Shown one piece after another: positions 57,314 to 64,000 of a stretch of 64,000 bases of DNA. The notes beneath the pieces were generated by a model. The model worked only from the letters and a program-made list of their open reading frames with translations, made no database searches and had not been told where the DNA came from. The first letter of the stretch is position 1; each line of letters opens with the position of its first letter. The translations under genes and the position numbers were made by a program. Source of the stretch: Macrostomum lignano (lineage: Eukaryota); the NCBI GenBank assembly GCA_002269645.1, contig NIVC01000509.1, positions 186,001 through 250,000 on the forward strand, in the 5' to 3' direction.

Positions 57314-58011
57314 CAAGGACGACTTAAGTAGAAGGACGGGAAACCTCGTTTCTTAGAAAAGTTTTGAAGGCACTTTTTCCCGAAAAAATACACTACGGAG
57401 ATAGGAAGTTTTCATTTTTTCAGCACAAAAATTGTTATTGCGTTTGATAGGAGGCAGATCCAGTGTTCATCTTTTGATATGTTGTGCCTTTTTTATTGCT
57501 CTATCGATATTTATAAAGCTTTTCGTTCAGAAAACTAGGATTCTATGTTAATTTTTGATTCTACGTATATTTCCTGTATCTAAAAATCACAAAAATGCAT
57601 GACACAGCTCCAATATTTGGCTTTATGAACCCATTTTATCATCTCTGTTACAAATATTTGCTACACAGTCGGGTAAGAATGATAAAATAGACTCATAAAA
57701 CCAAAGAGCCGAGCCGTGGCATTCTAATGTATTTCAAGCACAAGACACGCGAAAATATACGTAGAATAAAAAATTAACATAGAATCCTAATTTCCTGAAC
57801 GAAAAGCTTTATAAATATCGATAGAGCAATAAAAAAGGCACAACATATCAAAATATGAACACTGGATCTGCCTCCTATCAAACGCAATAACAATTTTTGT
57901 GCTGAAAAAATGAAAACTTCCTATCTCCGTAGTGTATTTTTTCGGGAAAAAGTGCCTTCAAAACTTTTCTAAGAAACGAGGTTTCCCGTCCTTCTACTTA
58001 AGTCGTCCTTG
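57314..58011. mobile_element. Foldback non-autonomous DNA transposon (hAT- or P-superfamily termini), about 260-bp TIRs
   Basis: Ends CAAGGACGACTTAAG...CTTAAGTCGTCCTTG. Arms at about 57314-57573 and 57752-58011 are near-perfect reverse complements. 8-bp TSD GATCGAGG at 57306-57313 and 58012-58019. Confidence 0.9.
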
Positions 58012-58902
58012 GATCGAGGCCGCGTCTCGAGAGCGTAATATTGAACGCTTAAATGCATTATTTGATGAATGCTTATAAGCATATTTTCGTGAATGACTAT
58101 AGTTTTTTTAATTAATTTCTTTAATCATGCCTTTAGAACTTTAAAAAAATGTATCGCGTACTTCGTTGGTTCGGGTATGGCGTTGGTTGCTTATCTAATT
58201 TTAAGTCTAATGCAGTAAAGCTCGTGCAAGTCATAGAGGGGCAAGAGGGCCTGTTACGCCTGTACAATAAAAAATTTTAATACCTAAAATATGCACAAAC
58301 TTCATACTGAATTTAGCCTTAGGCATTATGCATTTAGTGATTTGCTCATAGGCATTTGGAAGCCTTAGGCATTTGATTGCTGTGAATTTGAAAGCTTTGT
58401 TAAGCATGAATCTTTAATCTTATATCTTTATTTAATATTACCTCTAGCTATCCTATGTTTATTTGAATGTTCAATATTATGCCTTACATATTACTCCTAC
58501 TCCTAATATACTCCTAATATTAAAGGCTTAATTTAGTTTAAATAATGTAATCTGCTTTAATAGGCAAATGGTATGACCAGTAAAATATTTATAATGATTT
58601 TTTGTAACTTTACTGCAATTGGTATATAGCTATTGGATTTTAGATAATAGATATACCATTTATCCATTTATTCTTTTTATTTTTTTAAATTTTGTTGGAG
58701 TATAGTGTTTTATACACATATAATATATAAAGTAGACTATTAATTAAGATAAATTAATTTATACATTTAACAACAAAATTTTATTGAATATACTAGTCTA
58801 AAATAGATTAGCATTATTCCAGCCATACAAATCTCTTATACCTCTTATATAGCTTGTTTCAGTCAGTAGGTGAGACTTAACCAGTTATATAACCCCTCTT
58901 AA

Positions 58903-60766
58903 CAGTAGAACTACCAAGGGGGGGGGGAATTCCCCCCTGACAATTTTTTTTGCTGCGCCGGAATGGAGCAACGCAGGCACACGAAATTCAAGAACACGGG
59001 CTAACTTTTTGTTGCGCACCTTCTAAAACAAGAATCAAGTTGCCAGCCTTTCGGACCGTCGAGATATTCGACGATTCTGCCAGAAGGTCAGATTTTTCCC
59101 ATAAGCGCTAGTGTTTTCAGTACACCCTTGTGCGCTAATTAGCACTGCGCCTCAGTGCAGCCTTGCCAAGTCTCCAAATTTCATCAGCACGTCGACCACA
59201 TGTGTCTGCATCAGCTCTGACTTTGTTGGTCACTAGCCTTCACCCAGGTGGAGCTTCTGAACCCTCAACAGGTGGCACCAGGTGACTATGGACACCCTGA
59301 TGCGGATTTCTCTAGTTTCGCCGATCAAGCCTCGACAGTGGGCAAGAATCAACCGCCAGACATTCTCAGCTAGTCTCTCAAGCATTCCGTCACCATCCCG
59401 ATGCCGTCGGCACCTTCAACAGATTACACCAGGTGACTATGGACATCCTGATAAGGATTTCTCTAGTTTCGCTGATCAAGCCTCGACAGTGGGCAAAAAT
59501 CAACTGCTGGACATCCTCAGCTAGTCAGTCAAGCATTCAGTCTTCACCCCGACGCCGTGGCACCTTCAACAGGTGGCACCAGGTGACTATGGACATCCTG
59601 TTGCAAATATGTCAGGTTTTTCTTATCAAGCTTCAATAGCTAATGGGCAAACCTCAACTGCCGGACATTCTCAGCTAGTCTCTCGAGCCTTCAGTCATCA
59701 CCCGACGCCGTCGGCACCTTCAACAGGTGGCACCAGGTGAGTAAGGACACCTGAGCGTGATTTTTCATCATGCTCTTAACATTTCTGAAGCTCTTAAATT
59801 TTTTAAGCACGGACATAGCTATAGTTAAGCTTGAACTCATGTTGCTGTATATGTATATTATTATTACACATACTTTTATACATACGAGCTACATACATAT
59901 TTTATTTGACAAGCTGTTTAGTTTGTTCAACTATTATATTGAACCCAATTTTTATGCAGAAAGGGTTATGCTTTTAAAAAATGAAAAACCGATTGAATTT
60001 ACTGGCACGCAAAAATTTACTGGATATACAAAAATCACGCTCAGGTGTCCTTACTCACCTGGTGCCACCTGTTGAAGGTGCCGACGGCGTCGGGTGATGA
60101 CTAAAGGCTCGAGAGACTAGCTGAGAATGTCCGTCGGTTGAGGTTTGCCCATTATTGAAGCTTGATAAGAAAAACCTGACATATTTGCAACAGGATGTCC
60201 ATAGTCACCTGGTGCCGCCTGTTGAAGGTGCCACGGCGTCGGGGTGAAGACTGAATGCTTGACTGACTAGCTGAGGATGTCCAGCAGTTGATTTTTGCCC
60301 ACTGTCGAGGCTTGATCAGCGAAACTAGAGAAATCCTTATCAGGCTGTCCATAGTCACCTGGTGCCACCTGTTGAGGGTTCAGAAGCTCCACCTGGGTGA
60401 AGGCTAGTGACCAACAAAGTCAGAGCTGATGCAGACACATGTGGTCGACGTGCTGATGAAATTTGGAGACTTGGCAAGGCTGCACTGAGGCGCAGTGCTA
60501 ATTAGCACACAAGGGTGTACTGAAAACACTAGCGCTTATGGGAAAAATCCAACCTTCTGGCAGAATCGTCGAATATCTCGACGGTCCGAAGGGCTGGCGA
60601 CTTGATTCTTGTTTAAGAAGGTGCGAAACAAAAAGTTAGCCCGTGTTCTTGAATTTCGTGTGCCTGCGTTGCTCGATTCCGGTGCAGCAAAAAAATGGTC
60701 GGGGGGGAAATTCCCCCCCCCTCTTGGTAGTTCGACGGGCGGAAAAATGGCTTGGTATTCCTACTG
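58903..60766. mobile_element. Long-TIR non-autonomous element with TTAA target site (piggyBac-like)
   Basis: Flanked by TTAA at 58899-58902 and 60767-60770, with termini CAGTAG...CTACTG. Arms at about 58903-59765 and 60030-60766 are reverse complements containing about 150-bp internal tandem units. No transposase ORF. Confidence 0.8.
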
Positions 60767-61189
60767 TTAATCAGTAACTAATTATCGTAGTCTAGTTGGA
60801 TTTTTTGTTATTAAAAAACAGGAAGAATTTTAAACAATTTTGCTATATTTTGGAATATGAAATACTTTAGATCTAAGAAATGGACATGGGCCACAAAATA
60901 GGGAGCGACTAACTAGTGGCACTAATTCATACTTTAAATGCCTCTGAGTTTCCTATGATAACACATCAAGTTATTTAATATCTTTTTAGCATTAACTTGG
61001 TTTATCATCTAATAAACAGATCCTATACTAGCACATCACAGTGTCCCTCTATCCTCCATTTACATAGCAACCCCTCTGTTAGCTAGCTAAAAAAACAAGC
61101 AACCAAAACATGCTCTCGGGGTCTTTAGAAGTCAGCGTCACATGGTGCACTTCTGGGCCAGGTCAAGAAAGAAGGCCACACCGCCAACC

Positions 61190-62440
61190 TAATCTGGGGC
61201 GCCAGCATCAGCCAGCAGGCAATGTCGAAAAAATGCCTGAGTGCACGCCTGTCCCCGCGGGTAGGGTGCCTTCAGCATCAGCAGCAGCAATTGGACTGGA
61301 TGTAGATTGTGGGATGATGTGGGCATGGCCTGACAACTTGAGTCGCCAACGGCACAACACAACAGGTCGCTGAGACAGGACAGACCAGTGTGGAAATAGT
61401 GTCGCATTGGCAACTCACTTGTCGCCAATCTTGAAGGTGGCGCGCAGCAGGCCAGCGTGCGTCGCGTCTACTTGTTGCTCTAGCAAGTCCGTCAGCGTCT
61501 AGGTCTCGAGTCGTAAAGCAGGATGGTCTCGACCACCGCAGTGAGCTCCGTCACCTGTCCATCGCTCGGCACAAAATTGCAGCTTCGAAGTCGTCGGGCA
61601 CGCAAAACACGGCTGTCTTCTGTGTGTTGATAGCCAGGCCGACACTCGCCGCAACAGCAACCAGCTTGTTAAGTTGTCGCTGTTCGCTCTTAAATGCGTA
61701 TTGAGGAGAGCAGGGCGAGATCGTTGGTGACGTGACGCGAAAGTCAGGAGCTGATTGTTGCTTAATAACGAATGTGAATGCTTGCGATATATTTGTAGAA
61801 TAGCCATAGTAACTTGACGAGTTAAAGACCGAGAGAAATAGCTTAAATATTGTAAATATTGAATTTCACTGATGCAGTGGCACTGTGAGTGGAGAGAGTA
61901 CAAAATGGCAGAGATTAAGGGGCGAGGCAATAGCTAGCGCTATGATGCACATGGAACAGAGTAGAGTACGCATAGAGTACATAATGATTTACTGAGTACA
62001 CGCAGATCGCAAGCTGCGAACAAAGTGACTAAGCGAAGTTAAACAAACAACCCCCCCCCCACAGTTACTCAGCTCACAACCAAATCAAACGTCACTTCAG
62101 TTGGCGTAGCCAAGCACAATGAGCCGCTTCTCTGACTGTCGTCGACCCACGCGTCACCGCAGCTAAAAACCGTCATCGTTAGTTGGAAGAGCAATCTGCA
62201 GCACCCAGTCAAGCACCAGAACGAATAGTTTACTTTCTGGAGAACTCCAGAGAATGTCTCGAACTCGAAAAAGTCCGATAGGCCGTCCAGTGTTGAAACA
62301 GCAGCTTTTTTATCACGGTACATTGTCATGCTGGCAGAGACAAGCTGCTCTGGCGCGTTGTACGCATGGAGCACCTTTGAGAGCCTGGACCTGACAGCGC
62401 GGTGGCATCAAACCTGGGTAATGTCGTCAATTCCGGTTTC
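61190..62440 (-). pseudogene. Decayed non-LTR retrotransposon (RTE-like) reverse transcriptase fragment, interrupted at about 61700-62060
   Basis: Minus-strand frames give KVLHAYNAPEQLVSASMTMY, VSTLDGLSDFF...SGVLQ, EKRLIVLGYAN* (degenerate YADD), QRQLNKLVAVAASVGLAINTQKT and VETILLYDS, with stops and frameshifts. Confidence 0.8.
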
Positions 62441-64000
62441 TGTCCCTCTGTACTTTATCAGCTGGCCTATTTAGATTAAGCCCAGACACAGCTCTCATCT
62501 CAGCTCTCATTAGCTGGGATGAACGGAATTCCTACTGTTTCTATTTATACTCTGCACTCTTGCAGGCCGTAATTTCTTTACCTGCCGTGAAAACGTTTCT
62601 CGCCACACTCTATACTGTCTACTTATCAACAGACGAACTCTGACACCTTCATTCACACAGCACTCTACTACCCATTCTTGGATTTCTGGACTTCATAATC
62701 CGCAATCGTATCGCGGGGATTATGAAAATTTGCCTTATGGGGTCAATGAATTAGATCCTGAACGGGTTTTGGGCTCAAGTATGCGCCACTCCGTCTCTTC
62801 TGTGTCTCTTCTCTGCCACTGAGCACCTTTAGATTTTACTGTACAACATCCAATCTCATCTAAAATTTGGAAGGTCTAATTATAAGTTCAATGATTCTTG
62901 TATTAAAAAAAAAATTAGCTTTTACTCGTATTAGTTCACTTGTTTAATCCAACTTTGCATGAGGCCTGGACTTCACGGCCAGGAGCTTGAATAGTTCTTA
63001 GAAGAGGGGAGTGCTTTCTGATCGGTAAGCGTTAATCGGTAAGCCCAAATCTTTCTAATGTCTGTTGACAGCTCTTATTCTCAGAATGCTTTATCACGGG
63101 AAAAATCTGGGCGAAATAAATGGTTTAAGGCAAATCAGTAGTAGGAACCATAAAATTGAAATGAATCTCTATTCATGCTACTAACTTGACTTCTCCCCAA
63201 GAGTAAGCTAGACGCGTATCCATTTTTGCACAGCAATTTATATGCAGATAGCGCGAATGAGCTTTTCGTGTATTCTGTGACAAGGCCCAGATTATCGTGA
63301 ATCCATTTGTTAATTTATTCATCAAGGCTAGATTAGCAATCCATTTTGTCATATGAATTCTTCCATCCGGATTTGCCAATTTTGTCTGCCATGTTGCTTT
63401 AGCTGATGACAAATTAACAGTCAGATACTGGTCATCCATCTGTGGTCGCCTTGTAGGAGACAATAGCAGAAAATCCCCGCTCTTAATTTTCTAAATCGAA
63501 TCGCACAATTGAACAAGATAGTGGGGAGCACATTTTCATTTGATGGGGAAAATTGCTGTGAACTGGCAAACCGCCAGGCTGAAAGCCCACCTCTGATCTA
63601 GTAGTTCTCGATGGAAGATCTGGACACGACTATCAAGATACAAGTAATGAAGTCATACAAAGTCACTGGGCCAAAACCAACAGAATACCGTCGATATAAA
63701 ATAACTATAAGATCTCTCCTATTCTTAAAGATGGCAAAGATGCTAATGATAAGTGATCTTAATTGAAACATATTATTACCAACAACTCTAGTCTGATGAA
63801 AACTTCAGAAGATTTTTTATTTAGAAAGCACAACACACGCTTGTGCGGCAGTAAAGATCCCATTTCGTGAAGCGAACACCAATGAAATGCATTATAGAAA
63901 ACATATACATGTATACTGTACGAGCTATAATGCTAGCGTTCAGAGAGAATGAAGCTCCCGCTCCTACTCCTGTTCCGCCCTCCTCCCATTTGAATTGCTA

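Noticed and set aside
58030-58898. Very AT-rich segment as a possible mitochondrial insertion (NUMT)
   Set aside because: I recognised no mitochondrial protein, tRNA or rRNA motif in any frame. A BLASTN against the mitogenome would settle it.
59282-59740. Protein-coding repeats inside the TTAA element
   Set aside because: The module length (about 151-154 bp) is not a consistent multiple of three, the frames contain stops, and the sequence is mirrored on the other arm.
63173-63463. 96-aa minus-strand ORF as a Penelope/GIY-YIG or other TE protein
   Set aside because: No recognisable motif or splice context, and the length is compatible with chance.

Overview
This is eukaryotic (animal) genomic DNA with spliceosomal introns. 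The GGC/CAG-rich codons, poly-Q/A/G tracts and very heavy minisatellite load suggest a free-living flatworm such as Macrostomum (inference only). Six protein-coding genes were rebuilt by hand from splice sites and reading-frame phase: (1) a minus-strand single-finger GATA factor with an unusual CX2CX18CX2C finger, its 3' end outside the window; (2) a 5-exon orphan beta-propeller-like gene; (3) a plus-strand two-finger GATA4/5/6-type factor with a greatly expanded inter-finger linker; (4) an intronless class A GPCR; (5) an intronless GT32/DxD glycosyltransferase; (6) a 4-exon GPI-anchored Ly6/three-finger protein. Almost every large intron and intergenic gap holds its own tandem repeat, and most long ORFs in the supplied track are artefacts of these repeats. 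Mobile DNA includes a tRNA/CORE-type SINE, a hAT-type MITE with a perfect 8-bp TSD, two foldback elements (one with an 8-bp TSD, one with TTAA ends), putative Helitron/HINE ends and a decayed RTE-like LINE. The best candidate for an undescribed system is the divergent GATA pair. One paralogue has apparently lost its N-finger and carries an intronic 21-bp array of GATA sites. The other has loosened its N-finger with a Gly-rich linker and has GATA sites clustered in its promoter and first intron.
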